A stretch of DNA of 60,097 nucleotides, counting the filler. It is 8 parts of 8 records of this genome, joined end to end, with 100 filler letters (N's around TTAATTAATTAA, not from the genome) between each part and the next. Parts side by side here need not be neighbours in the genome. Positions count along the whole stretch, not along the records: positions 1 to 9,159 come from SRR31147125_8888; positions 9,260 to 17,092 come from SRR31147125_8899; 6 more parts are not named here. One strand, given 5' to 3'. Numbering within the stretch: the stretch's first letter is position 1; each line of letters starts with the position of its first letter. The position numbers and the translations under genes were made by a program. The notes under the pieces are model-generated. The model did no database searches. It had not been told where the DNA came from and worked only from the letters and a program-made list of their open reading frames with translations. Positions 1-11,912 of this stretch are shown here, one piece after another.

Positions 1-73
1 TTTTTTCCGACAAAAATGCTTGATTAATTAGTAGCACATTTATTAAATTAGATCTTTATAAATCAATCCTAAA

Positions 74-806
74 ATGAGGTATAGGATATTGAATACAATG
101 ATTAAAATCGGAAACTATTTCTTTCACAACCGCAATTGGGTTTTTCCCATCTTTTATTTGGTTTTATTTATTCCATCTGTTAAACTAAGTGAAAACTATT
201 TACTGGTGCTCACTGTTGGTTTAATCATTGCCCTGACAGGACAAGCGGTCAGAATGATTACTATTGGCCTTATATATATAAGGCGAGGTGGCAAGAACAG
301 ACAAATATATGCTGATGGTCTCGTGGTAGAGGGTATTTTTTCACACTGCAGGAACCCAATGTATGTTGGCAATATATTGATATTATTGGGTATGGCTATC
401 ATTTCAAATTCATTGCTCTCACTTTTGTCTTTTTCCCTTTCTTTGTTTTTGTTTATCAGTCAATCGTACTGGCAGAAGAGAATTTTCTGAGAGGGAAATT
501 TGGATCTGCATTTGATAAATATACCGGAAATGTAAACAGATGGATGATTAACTTCAATGGCCTGTCTGAGACATTAATAGGTACAAAATTTCGGTGGAAA
601 AGAGTTCTGCGTCAGGAGTATGGGACAACTTTTTTATGGACTATGGCTGCTACCGCCCTTGCTATGCAACAGGTATATCTTTTAAATGGATCAGCAAGCC
701 TGAAATCTTCTGGCTCTCAATTTGCTGCTGTTATTGGTTTTTTAATATTATGTTACGGAACTGTCCGATTTTTAAAAAGACAGACCGGCTTAGCGACGAC
801 GTATAA
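74..806 (+). CDS. Isoprenylcysteine carboxyl methyltransferase (ICMT/PEMT)-family membrane protein, split by two apparent homopolymer frameshifts (~430-450 and ~771-778)
   Basis: LVVEGIFSHCRNPMYVGN motif and TM helices. The reading continues in other frames (AEENFLRGKFG...; FLKKTDRLSDDV*). Start may be ATG 98. Confidence 0.7.
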
Positions 807-828
807 TATTTCAGTTAGGGAACATATC

Positions 829-1549
829 ATGAGCAAAAATATGACCGGTGTAGGTGATAATATCGCTGCCGGGAACTCATCATGGACCTTTAAAGGTAAT
901 GTTGCTGAAACATTTGACGCACATGTTGAAAAATCAGTTCCTCTTTATAACGAAGGGCATAATCTTGTAGCGAACATCTCTGATTTTTTCCTGGAAAATG
1001 GTTCTTTTTGTTACGAACTGGGTTGTTCGACTGGTACACTATTGGGAATTATTTCTGAACGACATAACAATAAAGATATAAAATTTATTGGAATTGACTC
1101 CGTCTCTGAGATGATTGACAAGGCCAATAGCAAGTTTAGTGAAACTAAAAATATTGAGTTCATTCATTCAGATGTATTTGATGTGGATTTTGAAAAGGCG
1201 GACCTTATTATCGCGTATTATACCATTCAGTTTATCCGGCCTAAAAAGAGGCAGATGCTTTTTGATAAAATATATTCCTCACTCAACTGGGGAGGTGCTT
1301 TCGCTGTTTGAAAAAGTTCGAGCTCCTGATGCCCGTTTTCAGGATATGATGAGTGCGATGTATGTTGATTACAAGCTGGATCGTGGCTATACACCAGACC
1401 AGATTGTGTCAAAATCAAAAAGTCTTAAAGGTGTTTTGGAACCCTTTTCATCCCAGGCGAATATTGATCTGATGAAACGAGCTGGTTTTGTTGATATTAT
1501 GTCAGTGATGAAATATGTTTGCTTTGAAGGATTTCTTGGTGTGAAATAA
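829..1549 (+). CDS. CmoA-like class I SAM-dependent methyltransferase, frameshift near 1300
   Basis: ATG 829, WTF..VAETFDAHVEKSVPLY, YELGCSTG, YTIQF. The C-terminus (LFEKV...SKSKSLKGVLEPFS) is in the 1115..1549 frame. Confidence 0.75.
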
Positions 1550-2196
1550 ACATTTTATGAACAGATTGTGCCATCTGCAACCGGAATTATATCATAATCT
1601 GTTTTTCTTATCAACTCAAAAATGTTAAAGCCAACAATCGATCCTTCTTTCTGCTGATTCTCATCTGTTATAAATGTGTTTGAATACTTTTTCTATTTCT
1701 CGAACCACATGGTTACCTTTTCCTGCCATGATATCAAATTGCAGGCCATTTCAGTCATTTCGATTTTTAAAATAATTGTTTTATTTAAAAGTTTTTAAGA
1801 GAAAAGAACATGTGAAATAATCATAGCGTTAATAGAGTTTATATGTTACACAATGTGAATGGCGACAACCGCAAATAAGTTCCGGACATCAAAAAGTATT
1901 ATTCTCATCAGATTACGAGAAATGAAACGGATTATAATTTTTTAATAAATTTAGGAAATTTGGTTTTCTTTTTTTATTTTCCGTTTGACATATTATCCAC
2001 AATAATGAAAACTGTTTTGTAAAATCCGGAATCCTGATATTACTTGCTTCATCCTCGAATTTATTTTCCCGGTATCATTAATTATGAATGTAACTCGTAC
2101 TTGTTTTGTTATTAAAATAGGTTTTCTAATAATAAACATGAATAGACATTCTGAAAAAAAGCAAAATCACAAGGAAATAATTGCAGGGAGGAAAAT

Positions 2197-3042
2197 ATGC
2201 GCTGGAAAGGTAGAAGACAAAGCTCCAATGTTGAGGATCGAAGGGGCCGGACTCCCAAACGAGCTGTTGGTGGAGGTATTGGTACGATCATCATCGTATT
2301 AGTTATATGGCTGCTTGGCGGCAATCCACTTGAATTGTTGAATAATGTGCAAGTTGCAGATCAGGTTTCTGTTTCTAATTATCAGGTAAGCGAACAGGAT
2401 AACGAATTGGCTCAATTCGTATCTGTTGTGTTGGCGGACACAGAAGATGTATGGACACTCTTGCTACGACAACAAGGACGGGTTTACAGACATCCCACAC
2501 TTGTCCTTTTTAGTGATGCCGTGCAGTCGGCCTGTGGTTTTTCCAGCGCTGCGACAGGACCGTTTTACTGCCCCGGGGATGAAAAAGTCTATATTGACCT
2601 GGTGTTTTTTCAGGAACTACAAAGACGGTTTAAAGCTCCAGGTGATTTTGCTATGGCTTATGTCATTGCCCACGAAGTAGGCCATCATGTGCAAAATTTG
2701 TTTGGCATAACCGATCGCGTCATATCCCTCCGCGGGAGAATGTCACAAAAAGAATTTAATCAATATATGGTACGCCTGGAATTGCAAGCCGACTTTTTCG
2801 CAGGTGTGTGGGCGCATCATGCGCATCGTCTTGGTAATATTATTGAAGAAGGTGATATAGAAGAGGCTTTAAATGCGGCGAGTGCGGTTGGTGATGACAG
2901 AATCCAAAAAAGAACGCAGGGTTATGTTGTGCCCGATGCATTTACTCATGGAACCTCGGAACAGAGGAAAAGATGGTTTTATAGAGGGTTTACAAGCGGC
3001 GACATAAATCAGGGAAACACATTTGAAGCAGAGAATATCTGA
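2197..3042 (+). CDS. ypfJ: Neutral zinc metallopeptidase, YpfJ family
   Basis: MRWKGRRQSSNVEDRRG N-terminus, GPFYCPGD, AHEVGHHVQ zincin motif, ELQAD, FTHGTSEQR. Confidence 0.9.
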   Translation: MRWKGRRQSSNVEDRRGRTPKRAVGGGIGTIIIVLVIWLLGGNPLELLNNVQVADQVSVSNYQVSEQDNELAQFVSVVLADTEDVWTLLLRQQGRVYRHPTLVLFSDAVQSACGFSSAATGPFYCPGDEKVYIDLVFFQELQRRFKAPGDFAMAYVIAHEVGHHVQNLFGITDRVISLRGRMSQKEFNQYMVRLELQADFFAGVWAHHAHRLGNIIEEGDIEEALNAASAVGDDRIQKRTQGYVVPDAFTHGTSEQRKRWFYRGFTSGDINQGNTFEAENI

Positions 3043-3233
3043 TAAAGGTTGATCATGGGGCACTCGACCAAATTTTGCAAGTCTGAATGAATTTTTTACT
3101 TTAATATGATTGTGCTTTAAAATTTGAAAGGTGGGATTCCGGTATTTTGTCAAGAGTATATAACCGGGTAATTATTCAAACAAAAATATGTAGTAAATCG
3201 TATAATCCTGAATTATAACAGAGAGGAACTTTG

Positions 3234-5603
3234 ATGTTTAAAAAGTATTTTGTTTTGACTTTTGTTTTATTCATCATTCTTCACAGTGCTTGTTTGACAC
3301 AAGCGCAGGGTATTAAAGTTGGAACATTTTCACAGGAAACCAGACAATTTTATACACCTGATAATGGTTTACCAGGAGAGAATGCGAATGTTCTTGCTGT
3401 TGGAGAAGACAATGTTGTTTATGCTGGTTTTGATAATGGTCTGGCTATTTATAAAAGTGGAAAATGGACACAAATTAAAGAGCTGCAAGATCAATCAGTC
3501 CGTGCTCTTGCTTACAGCAACGATCTGCTCGTGGCATTTACCAAGGGAAAAAAGGGTAAAGACTCTGGTGATAAGATCTATTTTATCAGATCTGGTACCG
3601 TCACAAATAATTTTACTGTTCCTAAAGATGTTCATATTATTGATTCCCCACATGCTCTTGTGGCTGTGTCTAACAAGGTGTATCTCGCTGGCGAAAGCGA
3701 TTTGTATGAGTGGAATATCAGTAAACGAAATAAAATAAAGCTGAAGGCGTGCAAGTTTCCAGGGTCTGAAATTCGACAGTTCGACATTGACAGTAAAGGA
3801 GAAATATGGCTTGCTGCTAAAGATGGATTATATCGTTATGATACGGAAAAAGCATGGAACCTTGTCTATCCTGTGGATGGAGATAAAAGTTGGGCGCCGA
3901 TTGATGTGCATGGTGTTGCCTTTGATCAGCAAAGAAAAATATGGTTTGCCAGTCCACAGGGAGTTGGATGCCTGAATAAAATCTGGTCTTTGTTCACAGG
4001 AAAAGAAGGATTACCCTATAATGACTTTACATGCGCTGCCACAGGTGGAGATGGTGCCGTCTGGTTTGGAACGCATAAAGGCGCTATAAGATATGATGGT
4101 CAAGATTGGGAGTATCGGCAGGGAAAGCGCTGGTTACCCGATGATGATATTAAAGATATTGCTGTTGATTCACAGGGAAATGCCTGGTTTGCTACGGAAA
4201 AGGGTGTTGGAGTCATAAAAAGAGAACCAACAACGCTTGCTGAAAAAGCCAAATGGTATGAAGATGAAATTGATCTCTATCATCGACGGACACCATATGG
4301 TTATGTGTTGGAGGTATCATGTAAACATCCGGGAGACAAGACAAGAATAACCAAACACGACAGTGATAATGATGGCTTGTGGACATCTATGTATGGTGCC
4401 GGCGAATGTTTTGCATACGCTGCCACAAAAGATCTTAAGGCAAAGGAACGGGCGCAAAACGCGTTCGAAGCGTTACATTTCTTAGGAAAAGTGACGCAAG
4501 GTGGCTCTCATCCTGCACCGGCAGGATTTGTCGCACGAACAATTCTGCCTACCAGTGGACATGATCCAAACATCGGACGAATTGAAAGGGATAAGCAGCA
4601 TAAAAAGGAACGGGATAAGCTGTGGAAAATAATTGATCCCCGGTGGCCGGTTAGTGAAGATGGAAAGTGGTATTGGAAAACAGATACAAGTTCTGATGAG
4701 CTCGATGGTCATTATTTTTTCTACGCGCAATATTATGATTTGGTTGCGGATACAGAATCTGAAAAATCACGTATACGAAAGCATGTAAAAGCGTTGACAG
4801 ATCACCTCATTGAACATGATTTTATCCTATATGATCATGATAATAAACCGACGCGGTGGTCCCGGTTTAGTCCTAAAGAAATCAATTTTGACAAAGACTG
4901 GTTTGTGGAACGCGGATTAAATTCTCTGAGTATGCTTTCTTATCTAAAAACAACAGAGCATATTACCGGAGATCCAAAGTATGGCGACATTGCCAATGAT
5001 CTGATAGAAAACCATTCCTATATGCAAAACCTCATTGATATGAAATTTCAGCGTGGAATTGGTACAGGCAATCAATCCGATGATGAGATGGCATTCATGT
5101 GCTATTATAATTTGCTAAAATATGAAACAGATCCTGAAAGACGTTCCGTTTTCGCGTTGTCATTCTGGAATAGTTGGAGACTTGAACAACTGGAAATGAA
5201 TCCATTTTTTAATTTTGCCTTTGCTGCTTCCTGTACGGGCGAATCGTACACAGATGCCTTTGGTACAGCGTCTTTAGATCCGACAGGTGACTGGCTGGAG
5301 GATTCCATTGAAACATTGAAGCGTTTTCCGTTAGATCGATTTGATTGGCGTCATGAGAACAGCCATCGCATCGATCTTTTACACTTTGAAGAGTGGCAAA
5401 GAGCCTTTGATGATGGTTCTATGTCGGGAAAAGGCAGAAGGGTGAATGGTAAGGTTATCCCGGTTGATGAATGCCATTTTAACCATTGGAACCGTGATTC
5501 ATGGCGACTTGATACAGGCGGCAGTGGTCGAGGATTGGCGGATGGAACTGTGTTCCTGCTTCCATATTATATGGGTTTGTATCATGGATTTGTGGTTGAA
5601 TAA
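3234..5603 (+). CDS. Secreted protein: two-component-regulator-type beta-propeller repeats plus a C-terminal helical (alpha/alpha toroid-like) domain of unknown function
   Basis: Signal peptide, repeats of the type DSQGNAWFATEKG, and C-terminal motifs DSDNDGLWTSMY and DTSSDELDGH. Confidence 0.65.
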   Translation: MFKKYFVLTFVLFIILHSACLTQAQGIKVGTFSQETRQFYTPDNGLPGENANVLAVGEDNVVYAGFDNGLAIYKSGKWTQIKELQDQSVRALAYSNDLLVAFTKGKKGKDSGDKIYFIRSGTVTNNFTVPKDVHIIDSPHALVAVSNKVYLAGESDLYEWNISKRNKIKLKACKFPGSEIRQFDIDSKGEIWLAAKDGLYRYDTEKAWNLVYPVDGDKSWAPIDVHGVAFDQQRKIWFASPQGVGCLNKIWSLFTGKEGLPYNDFTCAATGGDGAVWFGTHKGAIRYDGQDWEYRQGKRWLPDDDIKDIAVDSQGNAWFATEKGVGVIKREPTTLAEKAKWYEDEIDLYHRRTPYGYVLEVSCKHPGDKTRITKHDSDNDGLWTSMYGAGECFAYAATKDLKAKERAQNAFEALHFLGKVTQGGSHPAPAGFVARTILPTSGHDPNIGRIERDKQHKKERDKLWKIIDPRWPVSEDGKWYWKTDTSSDELDGHYFFYAQYYDLVADTESEKSRIRKHVKALTDHLIEHDFILYDHDNKPTRWSRFSPKEINFDKDWFVERGLNSLSMLSYLKTTEHITGDPKYGDIANDLIENHSYMQNLIDMKFQRGIGTGNQSDDEMAFMCYYNLLKYETDPERRSVFALSFWNSWRLEQLEMNPFFNFAFAASCTGESYTDAFGTASLDPTGDWLEDSIETLKRFPLDRFDWRHENSHRIDLLHFEEWQRAFDDGSMSGKGRRVNGKVIPVDECHFNHWNRDSWRLDTGGSGRGLADGTVFLLPYYMGLYHGFVVE

Positions 5604-5637
5604 GTCTCTGTAAAATAAAAAGGTAAAAGAGTTTGAG

Positions 5638-5663
5638 AAAGCCGGTTATTACCGGCTTTTTTT
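5638..5663 (+). terminator. Intrinsic terminator
   Basis: AAAGCCGGT-TATT-ACCGGCTTT followed by a T run. Confidence 0.85.
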
Positions 5664-5984
5664 ATTAACTCTAATGGAGTTTTCGTTTCTGTATAATGGT
5701 TATTGGTAACTAAAAATAAACATGCCTGTTTTGTATATTGTTATTTTTGTGAAAGGAAATAAATGGTTCGAATTCCTGATATTCTTTATTCAATAACAGG
5801 ATTTTTTTGCAGATTTACTTTTGTTTAAAAAACGAAATTTATAATGATAAATCCATGTTTATTTTGAGTAGTTACTTGTGGTTATGTTTTAATTCAAGAA
5901 TTTTAATAAAAGGAGGATTAATATGAGTTAAAGAATACAAAGTTCCAAGTTAATTAATTTTTATCAAATTAGAAGGAGCGTGGG

Positions 5985-7451
5985 ATGAGTTATCGAAAAT
6001 TTACAAAAAAAGTACTTTTCATATCAAGTACACTATTTCTTGTCTTTTTTAATTGTGGCAGGGAAGACGAAGGTAAAATGCCTGTCACCACCTCATCCGA
6101 AAAAGCGCTGGAGTCCTATTTGCAGGGACGAGCACTAGGTGAAAAATTACAGGGCCAGGAATCTCTTAAACATTTTCAAAAAGCAATAGCTGAGGATCCG
6201 GATTTTGCCCTCGCTTATTTAAATTTGTCTTTTGCGCAGCCAAGTGCGAAAGGTTTTTTTGCCTTTTTAAGCGAGGCCAAAGCTCATGTAGACAAGGTAT
6301 CCGAAGGAGAACGATCCTGGATACTGGGATTTGAGGCCGGAGTAAATGGATTCCCGATGAAACAGAGAGAACATTATCAAAAGCTGGTGGAATTGTATCC
6401 AAACGATGAGCGTGCGCACAATATACTGGCTACCCATTATTTTGGCATTCAGGAATATGAAAAAGCGATCAATGAATATAATAAAGCCATTGAAATCAAT
6501 CCAAATTTTTCGCCAGCCTACAATCAGATGGGATATGCATATCGGACTCTGGAAAATTTTACTGCCGCTGAAAATGCGTTTAAAAAATACATTGAACTGA
6601 TACCGGATGATCCCAATCCTTACGATTCCTATGCTGAATTATTGATGAAAGTCGGAAGATACGATGAATCCATTGAAAATTACAAAAAGGCGCTGGCCAT
6701 AAATCCACAATTCGTGTTTTCGTTTGTAGGAATTGCTACAAACCTCAATCTAAAAGGAGAGTATTCGGCTGCACGTGAAAATTTACAAAAAATGTATGGT
6801 ATTGCCCGTAATGATGGTGAACGGAGAACAGCTCATTTTGCCAGGGCCGTATCCTATGTATTTGAAGGAAAAATAGACAATGCCGTAGACGAAATAAAAA
6901 AGCAATATGAACTGGCTGAAAAAATAAATGATGCGGCAGCCATGTCTGGTGATGAAATCGCTTTGGGTAATTTGTTTTATGAGGCCGGGCAATTCGACGT
7001 CGCAATGAAACACTATGACAAATCCCTGGAGCTAATACAAAACTCGGATTTATCCCAGGACATAAAGGACAATACGTATAGTGGCCATCTCTATAATTCA
7101 GCTCGTGTTGCATTAAAGCAAGATAATGTCAGTACAGCCAAAGTCCATGCTGAAGAATATAAAAAGCGGGCAGAGGCCAGAAATAATGCTTTTCAAATCC
7201 GGCTGGCACATGAATTGGCAGGGATGATTGCTCTTGAGGAAAAGAATTTTGAACTGGCGCAACAGGAATTCAAGCAAGCAAACCAGCAAAATCCGTATAA
7301 CCTGTATAGAATGGCATTGGCTTGTCAGGGAAGTGGTGATTCTGAGAATGCCAAAATGTATTGTGAAAAAGCCGCCAAGTTTAATGCACTCAATAATATG
7401 AATTACGCTTTTATCAAAAATACAGCCGAAAATATGCTCGCATCACTTTGA
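5985..7451 (+). CDS. Tetratricopeptide-repeat protein, probable lipoprotein
   Basis: Signal region ending FFNCG, multiple TPR units (e.g. KAINEYNKAIEINPNFSPAYNQMG), GAAGGAG RBS. Confidence 0.85.
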   Translation: MSYRKFTKKVLFISSTLFLVFFNCGREDEGKMPVTTSSEKALESYLQGRALGEKLQGQESLKHFQKAIAEDPDFALAYLNLSFAQPSAKGFFAFLSEAKAHVDKVSEGERSWILGFEAGVNGFPMKQREHYQKLVELYPNDERAHNILATHYFGIQEYEKAINEYNKAIEINPNFSPAYNQMGYAYRTLENFTAAENAFKKYIELIPDDPNPYDSYAELLMKVGRYDESIENYKKALAINPQFVFSFVGIATNLNLKGEYSAARENLQKMYGIARNDGERRTAHFARAVSYVFEGKIDNAVDEIKKQYELAEKINDAAAMSGDEIALGNLFYEAGQFDVAMKHYDKSLELIQNSDLSQDIKDNTYSGHLYNSARVALKQDNVSTAKVHAEEYKKRAEARNNAFQIRLAHELAGMIALEEKNFELAQQEFKQANQQNPYNLYRMALACQGSGDSENAKMYCEKAAKFNALNNMNYAFIKNTAENMLASL

Positions 7452-7457
7452 AATGTT

Positions 7458-7497
7458 TATATGCATGGAGCGTTAAATCACGCGTTCCATGCATATA
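7458..7497 (+). terminator. Stem-loop downstream of the TPR gene, probable terminator
   Basis: TATATGCATGGA...TCCATGCATATA inverted repeat. Confidence 0.55.
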
Positions 7498-7554
7498 GAT
7501 TTTAGCCGGGGAAAGTCCGTTAAATAGATAACTATAATGATCACTAATTCTTAC

Positions 7555-7583
7555 TTGCACTCTATAAATATATTTTGTAAATT
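7555..7583 (+). promoter_or_regulatory. Sigma70-type promoter for the leuS leader
   Basis: TTGCAC (7555-7560), 17-nt spacer, TAAATT (7578-7583). Confidence 0.55.
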
Positions 7584-7613
7584 ATGCAGAACATTAAAAC
7601 TGTGTATGATAAA

Positions 7614-7676
7614 ATGAAATTAATATCTACAAAATTTCCTGCATTAAAAATCCACCTACTAAGCCTCTTGCTATAA
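7614..7676 (+). CDS. Leu-rich leader peptide MKLISTKFPALKIHLLSLLL (putative leuS attenuator peptide)
   Basis: 20 codons with 7 Leu, 5 of them in the last 6 codons (CTA CTA AGC CTC TTG CTA TAA). It lies directly upstream of a hairpin and leuS. Confidence 0.7.
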   Translation: MKLISTKFPALKIHLLSLLL

Positions 7677-7714
7677 CGGGCTTGAATGCCTGTAATCAGT
7701 ATCAGTCCGCTTTT
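7677..7714 (+). terminator. Putative attenuator terminator hairpin
   Basis: CGGGCT...CTG-TAAT-CAG...AGTCCG followed by CTTTT. The 5' arm can alternatively pair with AAGCCT (7661-7666). Confidence 0.55.
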
Positions 7715-7769
7715 ATTAATTAGTGAATAATAAAAAAAGTACTAAACAATGTAATTGAGGGATCAACAG

Positions 7770-9159
<1,390 letters not shown>

Positions 9160-9259
9160 NNNNNNNNNNNNNNNNNNNNNNNNNNNNNNNNNNNNNNNNN
9201 NNNTTAATTAATTAANNNNNNNNNNNNNNNNNNNNNNNNNNNNNNNNNNNNNNNNNNNN
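9160..9259. other. Artificial contig linker (N44-TTAATTAATTAA-N44)
   Basis: Six-frame stop cassette flanked by Ns. The same linker occurs at 17093-17192, 22496-22595, 29638-29737, 36861-36960, 45707-45806 and 54819-54918. Confidence 0.98.
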
Positions 9260-10163
9260 AAAAGATTTACATAAAGTAGATAAACAAAAAGATTTATCGA
9301 TGTATAGAGATAAAAAAGTATATAATCATGAACACAAGCATATTGAAATCGCTGCAAATATTGCACATCCTAAAGATGTCTTAGAAGCTCTTGAACAAGG
9401 TGCAGAAGCCATCGGTTTATTTCGCTCAGAGTTTTTATATATGGATAAAAAACATGCGCCGACAGAAGATGAACAATATCAAGATTACACCTATGTCCTA
9501 AGTAAAATGAAAGATAAGAAAGTTGTCATTAGAACATTGGACATCGGTGGGGATAAACACTTAGATTATTTAGCACTTGATCATGAAGAAAATCCATTTT
9601 TAGGAAAAAGGGCGATTAGACTATGTCTCGACCACGTTGATTTATTTAAAACACAAATTCGTGCTTTATTAAGAGCAAGTGTTCATGGCAATCTACATAT
9701 GATGATTCCAATGATTTCAACCATTGAAGAATTAAGAGAAACAAAAGCAATTATACAAGCGTGTGAAGAAGAACTCGAACATGAAAACATTGCATATCAA
9801 AAAGATTATAAATTAGGTATGATGATGGAAGTACCCGCTGCTTGTCTTAATGCAGATGAATTTGCAAAAGAAGTTGATTTCTTTTCTATTGGAACAAATG
9901 ATTTAATTCAATACACATTTGCAGCTGATCGAATGAATCCATCAGTTTCATATTTATATCTTCCAGATCACAAAGCGATTTCTAAACTTATTGAAATGGT
10001 TGTGAGAGCTGCGAAAAAACAAAATATATGGGTTGGTGTATGTGGCGAGATGGCATCTATGCCTAATCTAGCACAAAAACTTATGACACTTGGTGTTGAT
10101 GAATTAAGCATGCAAGCAACACATATCTTAAAGGTAAAACAGTTTTTATTTGACCATAAGTAG
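9260..10163 (+). CDS. ptsI: PTS enzyme I (phosphoenolpyruvate-protein phosphotransferase), C-terminal part
   Basis: IGLFRSEFLYM, RTLDIGGDK, EENPFLGKRAIR, DFFSIGTNDLIQY, GVCGEMA. 5' truncated. Confidence 0.95.
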
Positions 10164-10178
10164 AACTATATGATATAG

Positions 10179-10217
10179 AAAAAGACTGATATTCAAATTA
10201 AAATATCAGTCTTTTTT
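10179..10217. terminator. Bidirectional intrinsic terminator between ptsI and the ABC exporter
   Basis: AAAAAGACTGATATT...AATATCAGTCTTTTT inverted repeat between convergent genes. Confidence 0.85.
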
Positions 10218-10229
10218 ATTATGATTTAA

Positions 10230-11822
10230 TTAAAATGAAATGACTTGATCGAATAAATGATTTTCCAACTGATGATGTGAAATTAAGATGATAGTTTTAT
10301 TTTTTAATGATTGTAAGTGAGTGATTAGTTTTTCTTCTAATTGAATGTTTAATGCAGATGTGACTTCATCTAAACATATGATTGGTGCATCTTTGAGTAA
10401 GGTTCTTGCGATGGCTAGTCTTTGTATTTGTCCAATAGATAAACCAGAACCTTTTTCATTTAAATGAATATCTAATAGATCTAATCCATGTGATAGTTCA
10501 TCATATAGAGAAACATCTTTTAATGCTTGGATTAAGCGTTGATCATCATGTGTTTTAAATAGATTGAGATTATCTCTAATCGTGCCAGATAGTATCAAAT
10601 TATCTTGTGGGACATATGTGAAATAAGTACGTGTTTGTGATGAGATGTCATAGGTGCTATTTTTAGTCTTTAATACTAATTTTCCATGTGTAATGGGATA
10701 AAAACCTAAGAGTAGTTTCATCAGTGTAGATTTGCCGACACCCGAAGGACCTTTAAATAAAACTGAAGATTGACTTTTGATTGTAAATGATAGGTCATCA
10801 ATAACTTTATGTGTGTCATACTGAAATGAGATATGATTTGCTTCAATCTCAACGAAATCTTCTAATAAAGCCGTTAAGTCTTTTTCTAAAGGCATAGATT
10901 TTAATGTTTCTAATCGATCAATAGATGCCAGTGACTGCATATATTTAGGATACAATAAACTAAGACTACTAAAAGGAGATTGGAGATGTTGAATCAATTG
11001 AATCATGGCAATTAAATAACCTACACTTAAGCCAAATTGTAGTTGATAACCACCAAAGATAAGAGCAAATGCATAACCAAAAGCAAAAAATAAATTCATT
11101 CCACTAGATGTCACAAGTGATAACTTTACTTGTGATATTTTAGCATCATTGACATGTGATTGAAGAGTTGATTGTTTTTCTCTAAATGGTTGTTCTGCTT
11201 GAAATGCTTTAATCACTGATACGTTTTCGATTGATTCTTGCATATAACTTCTTAAATGATCTTTTTTTATTTGTAGGTTTTTATGTCTTGCTTTTATTTT
11301 TGGAGCAATCCATCGACTTAATATAAACAAAATGATCCCAAGTCCTAAAAATATCATAGAAAATGTAGGCTCAATGAGTAATAAAAGTATAAATGCACCC
11401 ATCATGCGCACAACATAAAAACATAATCTAGGAATGAGGAGTATCATTTGATTCGCAACAATTTCAATATCATTTTCTAAATGATTAAGTAATGTACCAC
11501 TATGATATGCAGATAAATCTGACATGTTAGCTTTTAATATATGATGATAATGATAAGCTCTTAAATGTTTAATGCTCGTATTCAAAAACTTTTGTGACAT
11601 ATACTTAAATAATGCTTGTAATAACATATTTAATAAAAGTAATATTGCTAGCATCACAGCAAAAAACACAAAAGATTGCATATTGGCACTCATGGCTTCA
11701 TCAATTAAATCTTTTGAGTAATATGCAAAAAAGAGTGCAAGCGTGCTTGCACATATATTAATCACTGATAGAATGATTATTTGTTTTAAATAGGGTTTAA
11801 TATATTTCAAATATAGTTTCAT
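10230..11822 (-). CDS. ABC exporter, fused permease plus ATPase (no C39 peptidase domain)
   Basis: N-terminal multi-TM domain, GPSGVGKST, LSIGQIQRLAIAR, ICLDEVTSAL. Confidence 0.9.
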   Translation of the reverse strand: MKLYLKYIKPYLKQIIILSVINICASTLALFFAYYSKDLIDEAMSANMQSFVFFAVMLAILLLLNMLLQALFKYMSQKFLNTSIKHLRAYHYHHILKANMSDLSAYHSGTLLNHLENDIEIVANQMILLIPRLCFYVVRMMGAFILLLLIEPTFSMIFLGLGIILFILSRWIAPKIKARHKNLQIKKDHLRSYMQESIENVSVIKAFQAEQPFREKQSTLQSHVNDAKISQVKLSLVTSSGMNLFFAFGYAFALIFGGYQLQFGLSVGYLIAMIQLIQHLQSPFSSLSLLYPKYMQSLASIDRLETLKSMPLEKDLTALLEDFVEIEANHISFQYDTHKVIDDLSFTIKSQSSVLFKGPSGVGKSTLMKLLLGFYPITHGKLVLKTKNSTYDISSQTRTYFTYVPQDNLILSGTIRDNLNLFKTHDDQRLIQALKDVSLYDELSHGLDLLDIHLNEKGSGLSIGQIQRLAIARTLLKDAPIICLDEVTSALNIQLEEKLITHLQSLKNKTIILISHHQLENHLFDQVISF

Positions 11823-11892
11823 CTCATCACCATTTCTATTTTATCATTTAAAATAAATATTTGATAAAGAAATTAAAACATCTAATTTTTAA

Positions 11893-11901
11893 TGATATAA
11901 T
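11893..11901 (+). promoter_or_regulatory. Extended -10 promoter of the kinase-PqqD-peptidase operon
   Basis: TG-A-TATAAT upstream of a GAGGTGA RBS. Confidence 0.55.
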
Positions 11902-11912
11902 GAAAAAAAGAG

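Noticed and set aside
544-1311. Apparent membrane protein-methyltransferase fusion
   Set aside because: Artefact of a frameshift near 771-778. The ICMT-like gene ends at 806 and the methyltransferase starts at 829.
1985-2001. TTGACA next to a perfect DnaA box (TTATCCACA, 1993-2001) in a long AT-rich intergenic region; possible oriC
   Set aside because: Only one clear box and no dnaA/dnaN/gidA context. It may be a promoter site or chance.
5911-5931. Strong AGGAGG RBS with minimal ORF ATG-AGT-TAA upstream of the TPR gene
   Set aside because: A two-codon ORF with no supporting structure. It cannot be distinguished from a decayed start or chance.
9160-9259. TTAATTAATTAA palindrome recurring seven times
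   Set aside because: Artificial six-frame-stop linker embedded in Ns, not a biological repeat or CRISPR.
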